64,000 nucleotides of DNA from Eledone cirrhosa (GCA_964016885.1 OZ024744.1:86614001-86678000); one strand, 5' to 3'. Shown: positions 13,331 through 29,110, counted from the stretch's first letter. The notes: generated by a model not told the origin, from the sequence alone. Numbers and translations: made by a program.

Positions 13331-13838
13331 TTAATCTGTTATTTTAATAAATATATATATATATATATATTTATATATAGTGAAATGAAATAACATGGAT
13401 GATTGATTACTCCTTCATTACGTTTAAATATATATATATATATCTTAATTAATTACCAACACGAGCGCTAATTATATGCAAATAATTACTACGTCCATTT
13501 CAGAATAGGTATATAAATATAGTAAATACATGTTTCCCAGTGGTTCTTTGGATGATATAGAAGCCTTCTGATGAAAATCCAGTTAGATCCGGCGATAGAT
13601 TATGTGTTTATCATTTTATCATTTTGCAGGGAAATTTGTATTTTCTGGCGTGTTTACAAGCTTATATGTTAAATATGTGTATAAGTGTATGTTTATATAT
13701 ACATTGCTGCAGTGTCGGTTAAACACTCTGTATGTATACAGATATAACTTTACCGTAGACATCGGCTGCTAGCGCACTACTTAATATAAATGTATATATA
13801 TATATATAAATACATACACACACACACACACACACACG

Positions 13839-13903
<65 letters not shown>

Positions 13904-14029
13904 GCATACATTGACACAAATGCGTTTGACATCGATATATTTTCCCTCTTCGTGCAAGTTCTTCAGTAATGGAAGTTGAAACTCTATTTGGATGGTTATG
14001 TGCAAATGAAAATAGCATTTTGATAAATA

Positions 14030-15179
<1,150 letters not shown>

Positions 15180-15182
<3 letters not shown>

Positions 15183-15344
15183 TAGAAAGGCGGAGAAAAA
15201 ATGGGTGGCAGAAGAAAAGGGGACAGTGGGAGAAAGTGTGAATTAGTGTGTGTGAGAGAAACTCAGAGGATAAAGAGAACGAGAGAGTGAGAAAGAGAGA
15301 GAGGGCAAAGAGGGGTGGTGTGAAAGAGAGAGAGAATAGTCACA

Positions 15345-15408
<64 letters not shown>

Positions 15409-16348
15409 AACATAGAAAGGAAGAAAGAAACGGAAAGAGTGTGACAAAATGTGAGCGCCTAAAAAACTCAAAGACTTGTGGGAAAGTGAGTGAGAGAGCG
15501 AGAGAGAGAGAGAGGGGGAAAGAGAGAGACATAGAGGGATAGAGAGAGAGAGAAAGAGAGAAAGCGAAAGAGATAGATAGAGAGAGATGTGGGACAGGAT
15601 ATAGAGAGGAAGGGGAGGGAGATAAAGAGGGGAGAGAGAGAAAGTGAAAGAGATAGATATATAGATATATAGATATATAGATATATAGATAGAGAGGGAG
15701 ATAGAGAGAGGGGGGCGGGAGAGAGATAGAGAGAGAAAAAGAGAGAGATAGAGGGGGGGGGGGGGGGGCGATGTGAAGAGAAGGAGAAAGAGGGAATGTA
15801 TAAGAGGTGTGGATAATAATGATGAGAAAGAAAAAGAGCGAAAGCTAGAAAGAGGTGGATAGTAGAGACTTTGGACATTTGTCTATGAATAGGAAGGAAT
15901 AAGAGAATATTTGGTGAGTATGTAAATGATTAAGAGATTGAACGAATTACAGTGTAATAGAATATAAACGAGGAAGAGTTAACTAGCTGAGAGAAAGGGA
16001 CAGATAAAGCAATAAGAAATACTGATGAAGAAAGAGCGTAGTTAACTGATGGAGAGAGACAGGGTGGAGTGGAGGAGGATGGAAGATATTAGAGCGTACA
16101 GATAACAAATGTAGTGATTGCATGAACTATTAAATCAGTGATATAGGGAAATATATAGAGAGAGAGCTAGGGAGATAGAGATAGAGAGAGAGAGATAGAT
16201 AGATAGAGATAGAGATAGAGAGAGAGAGCGAGAGAGAGAGTGAAAGAGAGGGACAGGGTGGAGGGACGAGAGTTAGTGAGATAGATAGATAGAGAGAGAG
16301 GCAGATATATATATATATATAGAGAGAGAGAGAGTCAGTGAGATAGAT

Positions 16349-16385
<37 letters not shown>

Positions 16386-16644
16386 AACACAGAGACAGAG
16401 AGAGAGAGATATATATAGAGTCAGTGAGATAGATAGATAGATAGATAGATAAAGACAGAGAAGAGAGAGAGAGATGGCGGTGAAAGAAAGAGAGAGAGAA
16501 AGAAAGAAAGAATGAAAGAAAGAAAGAAAGAAGTAAAGAAAGAAGAAATGAGAGGCTAGAGTTAGTGGAAGGATTTGGTGAGTTAGTAAGAGTTTAAAAG
16601 GAACTAATACAAGATTGATAAAGAAAATGGAAGAAAAGAGAGAA

Positions 16645-16683
<39 letters not shown>

Positions 16684-17080
16684 TAAAGAGGGTAGCAGAA
16701 AAAAAAAATGAGAAAAAGAAAATGAATGGAAGTGAGAAGTGAAGATATGGTTGCAGAAAGAAAGAAACAATCGGCCATAGATGGTCAATTATTGAGACGG
16801 AAACAGAACTGAGACTAAAATTGGTGGTGGGCGTTTGGGAATTTAGCTAGGAAACCACAATCACCATTAAACTACGGTGACTCTTTCTATACAACAGCTC
16901 CACAACCCCCACGGAAAACCCATACAAAATAACAACACCACCACCACCGACTTCATTCATCATCGTACTCTCCCACTTTAATCTCCTTCTCTCTGTCTCT
17001 CTCTTTCTCTCTTTCTCTCTGTCTCTCTCTCTCTCTCTCTTCTCCCCTCTCTTTCTCCCCTTCTCATGTCTCCTTTCTCA

Positions 17081-17163
<83 letters not shown>

Positions 17164-17945
17164 CCCCCCCCTCTCTTATCACCCGTTCTCTCTGTCTCTC
17201 TCTTTCTCTGAGTCTCTCTCTCTATCTCCCGTTCTCTATGTCTCTTTCTTTCTTTCTTCTTTCTTTCCTCTTTCTCTCTCTCCCGTTCTCTCTGTCTCTC
17301 TCTCTTTCTCCCCCTCCCCCTCTCTCCCGTTCTCCTATGTCTCTTCTTTCTTTCTTTCCTCTTCCTCTCTTCCCTCTCTCTCCTCTCCTTCTCCTCTCTC
17401 TGTCCTCTTCTCTCTTTCTCTCCCCCTCTCTCTATCTCCCTTTCTCTCTGTCTCTCTCTTCTCTCCCTCTCTCTATCTCCCGTTCTCTATGTCTCTTCTT
17501 CTTTCTCTTCCTCTTTCTCTCTCTCTCTCCCTATCTCCTGTTCTCTCTGTCTCTCTCTCTTTCTCCCCCTCTCTCTATCTCCCTTTCTCTCTGTCTCTCT
17601 CTTTCTCTCCCCTCTCTCTATCTCCCGTTCTCTCTGTCTCTCTCTTTCTCTGAGTCTCTCTCCCTATCTCCTGTTCTCTCTGTCTCTCTCTCCCTCTTTC
17701 TCCCCTTCTCTCTATCTCCCTTTCTCTCTCTATCACCCTTTCTCTCTGTCTCTCTTTTTCTCCACCTCTCTCTCTCTATCTCCCGTTCTCTCTGTCTCTC
17801 TCTTTCTCCCCCCCCTCTCTATCTCCTGTTGTCTCTGTCTCTCTCTTTCTCCCACCTTTCTCTCTCTATATCTCCCGTTCTCTCTGTCTCTCTCTTTCTC
17901 ACCCCCTTTCTCTCTATATATATCTCCCGTTCTCTCTATCTTTGT
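15180..17945. repeat. Polypurine (GA/GAAA/GATA) block followed by a polypyrimidine (CT-rich minisatellite) block
   Basis: AG-rich 15180-16760; CT-rich 16980-17945 with the recurring unit 'ctctatctcccgttctctctgtctctctct'. Confidence 0.85.
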
Positions 17946-18004
17946 CTCAAACCCACCCATACCATCACAGTAGCTCTATCTATCTATTTCCAAACATTCT
18001 ACCT

Positions 18005-18589
18005 TCCAGCCAGCCATCCATCCAGCCAGCCAGCCAGCCAGCCAGCCATCCATCCATCCGCCATCCAGCCATCCAGCCAGCCATCCATCCATCCATCTAT
18101 CCATCCAGCCAGCCAGCCAGCCAGCAAGCCAGACAGCCAGCCAGCCAGCCATCCAGCCAGCCATCCAGCCATCCATCCAGCCATCCATCCATCCATCCAT
18201 CCAGCCATCCAGCCATCCATCCAGCCAGCCAGCCATCCATCCAACCATCCATCCATCCAGCCATCCATCCAGCCATCCAGCCAGCCAGCCAGCCATCCAT
18301 CCATCCATCCATCCATCCATCCATCCATCCATCCATCCATCCATCCAGCCAGCCAGCCATCCATCCAACCATCCATCCATCCAGCCATCCATCCAGCCAT
18401 CCAGCCATCCAGCCAGCCAGCCAGCCAGCAAGCCAGACAGCCAGCCAGCCAGCCATCCAGCCAGCCATCCAGCCATCCATCCAGCCATCCATCCATCCAT
18501 CCATACAGCCATCCAACCATCCATCCAGCCAGCAAGCCAGCCATCCATCCAACCATCCATCCATCCAGCCATCCATCCAGCCCATCCAT

Positions 18590-18640
<51 letters not shown>

Positions 18641-19315
18641 TCCATCCATCCATCCAGCCATCGATCCAGCCATCCATCCAGCCCTCCAGCCCTCCAGCCA
18701 TCCAGCCAGACAGCCAGCCAGCCATCCACACAACCATCCATCCATTCAGCCACCCATCCAGCCATCCATCCATCCATCCAGCCAGCCAGCCAGCCATCCA
18801 TCCATCCATCCATCCAGCCATCCAGCCAGCCAGCCAGCCTGCCAGCCAGCCATCCAGCCAGCCAGCCAGCCAGCCAGCCTTCCAGCCAGCCATCCAGCCA
18901 ACCAGCCAGCCAACCAGCCAGCCAACCAGCCAGTCAGCCAGCCAGCCAGCCAACCAGAGCCAGCCAGCCAGTCAACCAGCCAGCCAACCTGCCAGCCAAC
19001 CAGCCAGTCAGCCAGCCATCCAGCCAACCAACCAGCCAGCCAGCCAGCCAGCCAGCCAACCAACCAGCCAACCAGCCAGCCAACCAACCACCAACCAGCC
19101 AGCCACCCATCCAGCCACCCATCCAGCCAACCATCCAGCCAACCAGCCAGCCAACCAGCCAGTCAGCCAGCCAGCCAGCCAGACAGACAGAGCCAGCCAA
19201 CCAGCCAGCCAACCAGCCAGCCAACCAGCCAGCCAACCAGCCAGCCAACCATCCAGCCAACCAGCCAGCCAACCAGCCAGCCAACCAGCCAGCCAACCAG
19301 CCAGTCAGCCAGCCA

Positions 19316-19352
<37 letters not shown>

Positions 19353-19624
19353 ACAGAGCCAGCCAACCAGCCAGCCAACCAGCCAGCCAACCATCCAGCC
19401 AACCACCCAGTCAGCCAGCCAGCCAGCCATCCAACCACCCAGCCATCCAGCCAGCCAGCCAGCCAACCATCCAACCAACCAGCCAACCAACCAGCCAGCC
19501 AGGCAGCCAACCAGCCAACCAGCCAGCCAGCCAGCCAGCCAGCCAACCAACCAGCCACCCAGCCAGCCAACCAACCACCAACCAGCCAACCAACCAGCCA
19601 ACCAACCAGCCAGCCAGCCAGCCC
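18005..19624. repeat. ~1.6-kb compound tetranucleotide satellite (CCAT/CCAG/CCAA)n
   Basis: Directly visible; source of the spurious QPAS/GWLA ORFs. Confidence 0.95.
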
Positions 19625-19685
19625 ATAGTCGCCACCATATATATATTTATTATATTTATATTATTTTTGAAGTTGTTTTTTTTTT

Positions 19686-19776
19686 TACACACACACACAT
19701 ATAAATTCATACATACAAACACACACATAAATACACACACACAAACACACACAAACATACACATATATATACATAT

Positions 19777-19848
<72 letters not shown>

Positions 19849-19886
19849 ACACACACACACACACATTTAAATATATATATATACAT

Positions 19887-19917
<31 letters not shown>

Positions 19918-20069
19918 TATATATATATATACATACATATATACACACACACATATATATATGAATATATATATATCCACTCACACGCATATATATATAT
20001 ATACACACATACATATATATATATGTATATATATCCCCACACACACACATGTATATATAATATATATAT

Positions 20070-20102
<33 letters not shown>

Positions 20103-20120
20103 TATATCCACACACACACA

Positions 20121-20166
<46 letters not shown>

Positions 20167-20273
20167 TATATATATATGTATATATATCCACACACACACA
20201 CACACACACACACATGTATATATAATATATACACGCACATATATATATATATATTTATATCCACACACACACA

Positions 20274-20319
<46 letters not shown>

Positions 20320-20353
20320 TATGTATATATATATTTATATCCACACACACACA

Positions 20354-20401
<48 letters not shown>

Positions 20402-20512
20402 TATATATATATATGTATATATATCCACACACACACACACACACACGTGTATATATAATATATATATATACACACACATATATATATATATATATATGTA
20501 TATATTTATATC

Positions 20513-20544
<32 letters not shown>

Positions 20545-20724
20545 CACACACATATATATATATGTATATATATCCACACACACACACACACACACACATG
20601 TATATATAATATATATATATATACACACACACATATATATATATGTATATATTTATATCCACACACACACACACGCACACATATATATATATATACACAC
20701 ACATATATATATATGTATATATAT

Positions 20725-20765
<41 letters not shown>

Positions 20766-20771
20766 TGTATG

Positions 20772-20806
<35 letters not shown>

Positions 20807-20810
20807 ACAT
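19686..20810. repeat. Higher-order minisatellite built from alternating (TA)n and (CA)n blocks
   Basis: Recurring junctions 'tttatatccacacac', 'cacgcatatat' and 'acatgtatatataatatat'. Confidence 0.85.
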
Positions 20811-21318
20811 TACCAGGCCGTCATGGGAGGCAACTAACAGAGTGAAATATGCAACTAGACCTCAAAACTAATTGCGACGTTGCATGTGATTGTCATATTT
20901 GCTCAAAGACCCAGTTCAGGAAGAGGTGCTTGCTATTCGCAAAGTGTACCATTCATTCATCCATCCAGCCGTTTCACAGGGTGTAAATTCTTTTCTTCTC
21001 TAACTTGAGGTCCACGGAGATTTTCGAGTGCGCACGCGTCTCGTCCCTCTCTCCTCCTCTCTCCCTCTCCCTCTCTCTCTATCCCCCCCCCTCTCTCTCT
21101 CTCATCTCGTTCTCTCTTTGTATTGTTTACTTTATTTCGCACTTTCTTTCTTTCTCTGATACATCACTATATCACCTTATCTCCGCAACTAACACATTTT
21201 TTCTACGTTGTCTCTTTCTCCCACCTACTCATTTTTACATGATTGCCTATTCACTCTAATCTATATATATCTAACCTCTCTCTCTTTCACTCTAAGCCTC
21301 TTTATTTTCACCCCCCCC

Positions 21319-21354
<36 letters not shown>

Positions 21355-21374
21355 TCTCTCTCTCTCTATATATA

Positions 21375-21435
<61 letters not shown>

Positions 21436-21746
21436 ATATATATATATCAACCCCTTCCTATCTTCCTCTTTCTCCAGTTCTGTTATACATCTCCTTTGTC
21501 TATTGCCAGACACCTTTCATATCGTCTTTCATTTTATTTAATAGCTCATCACCCCCTCCTCCATACATTTGGCTTTGTATTTCTTTTGTACATTTTTGTA
21601 TCTGTAATATATCTAGTTATAATACACATGCACACACACACACACACTCTCTCTCTCATACACACACTCTCTCCCACATAAATTACATAGACGCATATAT
21701 ATATAAATACATAGAAACATGCATATATACATATATATATATTCAG

Positions 21747-21808
<62 letters not shown>

Positions 21809-21887
21809 GTATGTACACACACACACACACACATACACGCGCGCACGCACACATGCACACGCACACACACATGCACACGCACGCACG

Positions 21888-21926
<39 letters not shown>

Positions 21927-22436
21927 TAGTTATATGCTCTCTTGCAGTGTTAACTGATAACCAAGTGAACGATTTTTCTATATAGTTGTCATCCGGTGAT
22001 ATCTTTACCAACAAGAGTACTTTGCACGAACACCAGAAGAGCCCAGTTGCACACTGCAGCCGTCCATATTACTATTCGTCTATAATAATAACAACAGCAA
22101 CAACACCAGCTGCAGTAACAGCAACAAAAATATCAATAACAACCATCACCACTTTCACCATTACTATTATCGCTTTTCATAACAGCATCGGTTTCAACTT
22201 TAGCAAAAACTCCATCTCTACCACTACGCTCATATCTCTATCACTACCACACCTACAACTATCAGCCATTAAAACAACAAATAAGTTCACTGTCGGCCAC
22301 ATCTCTTTCACATCACCACGAGTAAATAAATAGATAGTCTTCAACGTAGTTGCTAAACGGCTAAATATGGAGGCTAAGTCGACTTCCAGTCACATCTCAC
22401 TTCCTGAAATAAGGAAGAGACCCATTTATTCATGTA

Positions 22437-23310
22437 CCAGTGCCAGTCAGAAAGTAATGGCTTTTGTTATATAAGAAACATAAAGATCAAAACAAAATGT
22501 ATTATACATCAAAATGAAGCTGTACATCAAGGGATCACATTCCGACTTTTCAACATAGTTATCATTTCTTTTGATAGCAACAATCCACCTTTGAATGAAG
22601 GCATGTATCCCAACTTCGTAAAACTCTGTTGGCTGCTCACGAAGCCATTTCTTGACAGCAGTTTTCACTTCCTCATCATTTCCATAATGGTGGCCTCTCA
22701 ATGCTTCTTTCAAGGGACAGAAGAGGTAGTAGTCTGATGGTGCCAAATCAGGTAAGTATGGAGGATGTGTCAGAGTTGTCCACCCGAATGAGGTAATCTC
22801 CTCCGTTATCCTGATGCTCCATCGATTTCTGTAATCTAAGGCGTCACCTTCATAGATATTTTTTAGTCTCATATTAACAGAGGTTTCTCCTTCAGAAATT
22901 CAATTACTGCTCTTTGCTTCTGACGAACTTCCAAGGTGGTGGGCATCTTGAAATCAACTTAGTTACTCATAAAAATTTGAAAAACAAAATGAGATATTTT
23001 AGTGTTTAGAAGATATGTGGCTTTAGTTTTGTGCTAAACATCAACTCATTCTACGTAATAATTATTTCTAATTTTGGCACATGGTCAGTAATTATCCCAG
23101 TACATTACTGGTACTTTATTGTATCGACCCCGTAAGGATGAAAGGCAAAGTTAACCTCGGCGGGATTTGAACTCAGACCAAAAAAGGCCGTAACTCTTTG
23201 CTGCAAAGCATGGCGTCCGACCCTCTACCGATACAGGCAATCCACCTCCCTTTCTATGTAATAATGAGCCTGCTATCATACGAAAGGCATTACTCTTTGA
23301 CTGGCCCCCG
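22437..23310 (-). mobile_element. Internally deleted mariner (Tc1/mariner) element with both TIRs and TA flanks; SINE inserted inside
   Basis: HPPYLPDLAPSDYYLF..LKEALRG motif; N-terminal EVRQKQRAVIEFL; TIRs 'ccagtgccagtcagaaagtaatggc' and 'ggcattactctttgactggcccccg', each flanked by TA. Confidence 0.88.
23057..23250 (-). mobile_element. tRNA-derived SINE nested in the mariner
   Basis: Full-length copy; TSD-like ttctacgtaataat / ttctatgtaataat. Confidence 0.9.
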
Positions 23311-23498
23311 TAGTTCTACATATAGCACCTAAAAATAAAAAATAAAAAATAATCTTCTGATTAGTCACGGTTACTATGCTTTTGTTCATCTTTGTTCTGT
23401 CGGTGTCCCCCTGACATTAAATAATAGTAGGGCGTGATAACAATAACACCTACACTATTTCCACGTCCTTTACCACCTTACAGCAGCCTTATATAGCA

Positions 23499-24057
23499 CT
23501 AGCAGATGTACCCGGCGTTGCTCGGGAAATGAATGACAGCCTGAATTGTTCAAGGTCGTTTATGGCTTAGCTAACAATTTCTGAGTTCATGTTAGCTTAT
23601 GTCAGCTAATTGGCTAGCCAATGAGAAGTTGCCTCAATTGCACGTGCCAAATCGGCCTAATACTTCTAAAGTTAAAAGGAGCCTAGTATTTGTACACAGA
23701 CAGATACACACACAAAATCGATTTTTCGGCCTCAATATCGATCCTTTTTTACAAATTTGTTTTAGTCCAAAACCTGCTCTGGCATATAAACAACATGTGT
23801 GCCAAATTTGGTTGACATCGGCCAAGTACTTCAAAAGTTAAAAGGAGCCTAGTATTTGTACACAGACAGATACACACACAAAATCGATTTTTCGGCCTCA
23901 ATATCGATTTTTTTTTCAAATTTGTTTTAGTCCAAAACCTGCTCTGGCATATAAGCAACTTGTGTGCCAAATTTGGTTGACATCCGCCAAGTACTTCAAA
24001 AGTTAAAAGGAGCCTAGTATTTGCACATAGACAGACACACACACAGAGACCGACTTG

Positions 24058-24101
<44 letters not shown>
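23499..24101 (-). mobile_element. Non-autonomous Helitron with an internal ~166-bp tandem repeat (~2.3 copies)
   Basis: Minus strand begins A|TC(TATA)n and ends with hairpin CCCG-AGCAACGC-CGGG...CTAG|T; 'gttaaaaggagcctagtatttg' occurs at 23671, 23837 and 24002. Confidence 0.8.
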
Positions 24102-24392
24102 TAATCGGTATTACTTTCAGCATGAATCATGAGGGGAAAACTCTCAACATGAACCTAGAGTGACCAACTGGAAACGCAAGCTGGTTCTCACTCATATCAC
24201 AGAATACCTTCTATAGAAAGAAGGGGCCGTTGAATAATGAGGTCCTTGGTGTTCTATGTTCTCGAGCAAAAATCAGGGTACTCGCGCATGGAACGTCTCT
24301 GGTATTAGGTTTCCTGGATGAACGAGGATCTGGAGTGAATCTACAACTCTAACGTTACTAGAATCACAACCACCACCACCTCCCTCACCAGT

Positions 24393-24504
24393 ATCATCAT
24401 CATGAACATCATCATCATTATCGCCCTCCTTACTATTCATCATCATAATCATCATCACCATCAACATCGTCACCATCATCATCATCATCATAATCATCGT
24501 CATC

Positions 24505-24536
<32 letters not shown>

Positions 24537-24565
24537 CATCATCACCACCATCATCATCGTCGTCG

Positions 24566-24603
<38 letters not shown>

Positions 24604-24610
24604 GTCGTCG

Positions 24611-24648
<38 letters not shown>

Positions 24649-24697
24649 GTCGTCGTCGTCGTCGTCGTCGCCATCATCATCATCGTCGTCATCATCG

Positions 24698-24750
<53 letters not shown>

Positions 24751-24830
24751 GTCGTCGTCGTCGTCACCACCACCAACATCATCATCAACATCATCATCAT
24801 CATGATCATCATCGTTTTCTTTCCGGTGGC
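24393..24830. repeat. (CAT/CGT)n trinucleotide array
   Basis: Directly visible. Confidence 0.95.
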
Positions 24831-24866
24831 CGTCATCAATATCTTTGTCATTTTTGTCATCAGTAC

Positions 24867-25092
24867 CGGTGGATTGGCAGTATCGGTAGAGCGTCGGACG
24901 CCATGCTTTGCAGCATAGAATTACGGCCCTTTATGATCTGAATTCAAATCCCGCCGAGGTTAACTTTGCCATTCATCCTAACGGGCGGGGGGGGGGTCGA
25001 TAAAATAAGGCACCAGTAATGCACTGGGGTCGATTTAATCGACTTTCCCATCCCCACAAAATTGTTGGCCTTGTGGCTATATGAGAAACCAT
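24867..25092 (+). mobile_element. tRNA-derived SINE (long subfamily)
   Basis: Box A and box B present, plus the 'gtcgatttaatcgac' insert. Confidence 0.9.
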
Positions 25093-25097
25093 TGTGG

Positions 25098-25107
25098 TCA
25101 TCACTAC

Positions 25108-25164
<57 letters not shown>

Positions 25165-25213
25165 TTTCATCGTCATCATCATCATCATCATCATGATCAT
25201 CACCATCAGCATT

Positions 25214-25255
<42 letters not shown>

Positions 25256-25310
25256 GTCATCATCATCATCATCATCGTCATCATCATCATCATCATCATC
25301 ATCATCTTCA
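25098..25310. repeat. (CAT)n array
   Basis: Directly visible. Confidence 0.95.
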
Positions 25311-26245
25311 ACACAAGCAAAATCATCGTTGCCATCTTCATCAGCATCGATATGAAACCTATAAGTTTGAATGCGATACAACCATCCTCAAATTGATTAG
25401 TGCTGTCAATAATATCGACGCAGGGATTTTGGTGAGTTATTAAGATTGATCCCACGGAAGGTGTCTGGTGGCCTATCGTATATTTTGTACCCTACCTGGT
25501 AATATAAAGATCGCAAGCAGTTGCATTGTACCATGCTGATTCGACGTGCAATTTAAGTATAAGTTACCATGATAACACCATCAGACGGTTTAATACGATT
25601 GTTCGACCAGAACAATTTTTTTTTCCTGTGTGATAGGATTAAAACACATGGATAAAATATTACTGAATGTATTATTCCAATGTATTATGCCAATCCAAAG
25701 ACATATTCTCGACACAGATAAACATCCTTTCCAACACTTGCAGACATCACCAAAATACGCCAAATGCTATATTCTCCATTTCTAGGGGCCCCTAAATATG
25801 TAAGAGTCTTAAAAATCAACAGAATATTCTCACTTACACCACAAAACAACATCGTTTACGAATACCTTAGAAAAGCACCAGAGTTTGAAGAAACACGCAT
25901 GAACTGAATAATACACTTAAACATAACAATAACCGGCTTTTGAAATGGACGGAAATTCTCTCTAAAATACACAATAGAGTTTTAATGGCATTAAAATCAC
26001 AAGTATGATAACAAAATGTGTTATTACGACATGTAACATTTACTTAGATATAATTTGGGAATATAATATTGTAACCGAAACGCAGAAGACTTCAAATTCA
26101 AAATTATGCTCAGATCAGACAGCACAGATCCTTTTCATATATAGGAACAAGTATAAATGATAAAGTATGAAGTATAATGTATCGCCTACAATATTCGTAT
26201 AACTAAAATACGACGACACAACCTCGGTTATGCAGGCTTTCACAA

Positions 26246-26437
26246 TAATAATAATTGTTTCTACATTTGGCACAAGGCCAGCAATTACCCAGTACGTTAC
26301 TGGTACTTTATTTTATCGACCCCGTAAGGATGAAAGGCAAAGTTAACTTCAGCAGGATTTGAACTCAGATCGTAAGGGGACGTAACTATGCTGGAAAGCA
26401 TGTCCGACCCTCTACCGATACTGCCAAATCACCGCCC
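26246..26437 (-). mobile_element. tRNA-derived SINE (short subfamily)
   Basis: Full length; TSD-like ctttca(c/a)aataataa. Confidence 0.9.
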
Positions 26438-26950
26438 TTTCAAAATAATAAAAAAAATAATAAAACCCAGATCATATTAATAAAATAAGTGTATAAGACA
26501 CAACTACCAGTCTCACCAACCATCCCACTAGATTACACACCTTAACTACAACATTATAACAGCTTCACAAAGTCATCATATGGCGTTAAAAATGAACGAT
26601 AAATCAAACTAATACTAGACAGACCAACAGACCGTTCAGGTAGATTACATTTCCAGAACACTTGATCCTGATTCACTATGTAAAATGAACGAAGCATGTA
26701 CAAGTGACCTATTCAAGGATGCAACAGACTACCTTCCATCGATTTGCTTCAAAACACATTTGCCTGCTTGTCCAATAGGCTATCAGTTCAGCCATTTACA
26801 TGCTTACAACTAAAAACCATTAATTTTATTATTTCTTTTTATATTTACTCTGACATTAATATCATTCGACTTGATAACCTTCCCGAGTATACCAATGAAT
26901 TTTTTTTCTTCTTTGGTGGGTTTCTATTATTATTATGTTTGTTGTTGAAA

Positions 26951-27178
26951 GGGCGGGGGCATTGGCAGTATCAGTGGAGGGTCGGACACCTTGCTTTGCA
27001 GCATAGAGTTATGGTCCTTTACGGTCTGAGTTTAAATCCAACTGAGGTTAAATTTGGCTTTTATCCTTACGGGTCGATAAAATAAAGTACCGGTCAGGCA
27101 CTTGGGTCGATTTAATCGACTTTCCCCTCCTCCCCCCAAATTACTGGCCGTGTGCCTATAGTAGAAATCATTATTATT
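26951..27178 (+). mobile_element. tRNA-derived SINE (long subfamily)
   Basis: Full length, with the gtcgatttaatcgac insert. Confidence 0.9.
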
Positions 27179-27614
27179 GTTGTTGAATCTTTCGAGACGT
27201 GGTTCACATCGCTCCAGTAATTTTTTTTATAATTTCCATTATTTTTGAAATTACACATTTTGTACTTTTGTTCTCGTTTCATAGAACATTAATAGGACCT
27301 TAGGGAGCTGGTTAGTTTTCCGCTACTTGTAGTCATTAGGGCATAAACCGGGCTGTGTTTATCAAACACGCCCCTCAATTTCTGTTTAAAAAGAGAAAGT
27401 TGGCCAACGTAGAATGTACATCGGCTGAAAAGAAGAGCCAGCGATCGGCAGGCAAAATTGCATAAGTCAGTGACAGCAACAGTAACAGTAACAGCAACAG
27501 CAACAACAGTAACAGCAACAAGAATACTAACAAGAGCACTGCCTACTCCACTACCAACTCCACCAACACTGCGACAACAAATGTAAGAGAAACAAACAAA
27601 CAAAAAGAAATAAA

Positions 27615-27692
27615 ATTATTATTTTTACTTTTGGCAAAAGGCTAGCAATTATCCCAGTGTATTATTGGTACTTTATTTTATCGACCCCGTAA
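27615..27692 (-). mobile_element. SINE 3' fragment
   Basis: 'ggtactttattttatcgaccccgtaa' body motif. Confidence 0.8.
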
Positions 27693-28248
27693 CATAGACA
27701 ACAATGACAACACAAATTGCAACAACAATAACAATAACAATAACAATAACAACAGCAACAACATAAAAAACATTAATAGTAACAATAACATTAGCAACAA
27801 TAACAACACGAGCAGCTACTAAATCCATCCAAATCTACAATTTGGACATGTTCAACAAGGACACCTATTTGACACAAGCGGCCAAAGTTGTCGAATTGGA
27901 CAAGACTTGAGCCGCCATAGCCATCCCACCCAAGCAGTTGGCAATAACTGCTAAAATGACTTGTACAAACAAGACGGCCAATGTAAAAGAGCTCTTAAAA
28001 CCACATGGCCAGACATTCAACATGTTGCTAGAGCCAGGTAATTTACTGTTGTTTCAGTGCTTTTCAAAACTAAAGCGCAGGCTGAGAAAAACTCTGTGGT
28101 CCTCTTCCGGGCATACAAATCCATACTCTATCTGGCGATTCTGGCAAGAAGGACCAGAGTCAGCAACGGCCGCGCCAACAAGACTAACAACATCATCGAC
28201 AGCAGCAATTGAACAACCATCATCACTACCACCACCACCACCACCACC

Positions 28249-28279
<31 letters not shown>

Positions 28280-28589
28280 GATTCCAACAAAACCATCCAG
28301 AGGTCCGTGAAGAAAGCCTTCCCTCTCACTTTTTCTCTCCACCCACTAAACCAAGACACGGAAACCCACAAACATATTTGCACCCGCAAATACAATATCA
28401 GATATACAAGGGATACTATTGTCTATTTCTCTAAGGAGGGCGGGTATGTTACCTCTTAGCTAATATTTTGAGCCTGATAGAGCAAGGATGTAAATTTGCG
28501 ATCGAGGTGTTTTTGTTCTTTATAGAGAGTGTCCGAGTTTCACTCCCATAAAATAGGATTAGTTGTAATGTAACTTGGTAGAGTCTTAC

Positions 28590-28707
28590 TTCGGAGAACT
28601 TCGTTGACTGGAATGCCACATTCTATGAAGCTTATTAATGCTGAATACGTCAGCGTTTTTCCCAAGTCAATGTCTCTAGAACTAGCGTGCTTAAAAATGG
28701 CACCTAT
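28590..28707 (-). CDS. Possible isolated 118-nt coding exon of an unidentified host gene (IGAIFKHASSRDIDLGKTLTYSALISFIECGIPVNEVLR)
   Basis: Acceptor 'tttaatttcAG', donor 'GTAAGA', one fully open frame, non-repetitive sequence; no homology recognised. Confidence 0.25.
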
Positions 28708-29034
28708 CTGAAATTAAATTCCATTTTGTAATTTGAGAGTGGTTTCAGTAGAATTTGAGAAATCAGTCATGGTTTTATTGGAATTGAGACCAAGAAGAGC
28801 AGCTGTCTCTTGGAGAATTGTAAGAAGGTGGGGGAGCATTTTCTATGCAATATCTTAGAAGAGTAACATCTACAAAGTAAACATTTGTAAAATGTTTAAT
28901 GGGATGTTTTGAGATCAAGCGAATTTTGATGATGATGCCCTATCGTTGCTGGTGTCTAGAGAGATTCTAAGAACATAGTGTGGCGCTATGATGAAAACTA
29001 TTTCTATAGAGTATGACAAATCTTCATTAATCAT

Positions 29035-29110
29035 TACGGGGTCGATAAAATAAAGTACCAGTAATGCACTGATTAATTGCTGGCTGTGTGCCAAAAGTAG
29101 GAACAATTAA
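29035..29110 (+). mobile_element. SINE 3' fragment
   Basis: 'ttacggggtcgataaaataaagtaccag...gccaaaagtaggaacaatta'. Confidence 0.8.

Noticed and set aside
17238-19870. 796-aa and 642-aa ORFs (QPAS/HPSI repeats) and their antisense GWLA ORFs
   Set aside because: They arise from stop-free CT and CCAN satellites that are open in nearly all frames; no coding signature
27830-28459. 173-aa ORF, possibly a LINE ORF1 remnant
   Set aside because: Only vague resemblance and no intact zinc knuckle; partly (CCA)n-derived
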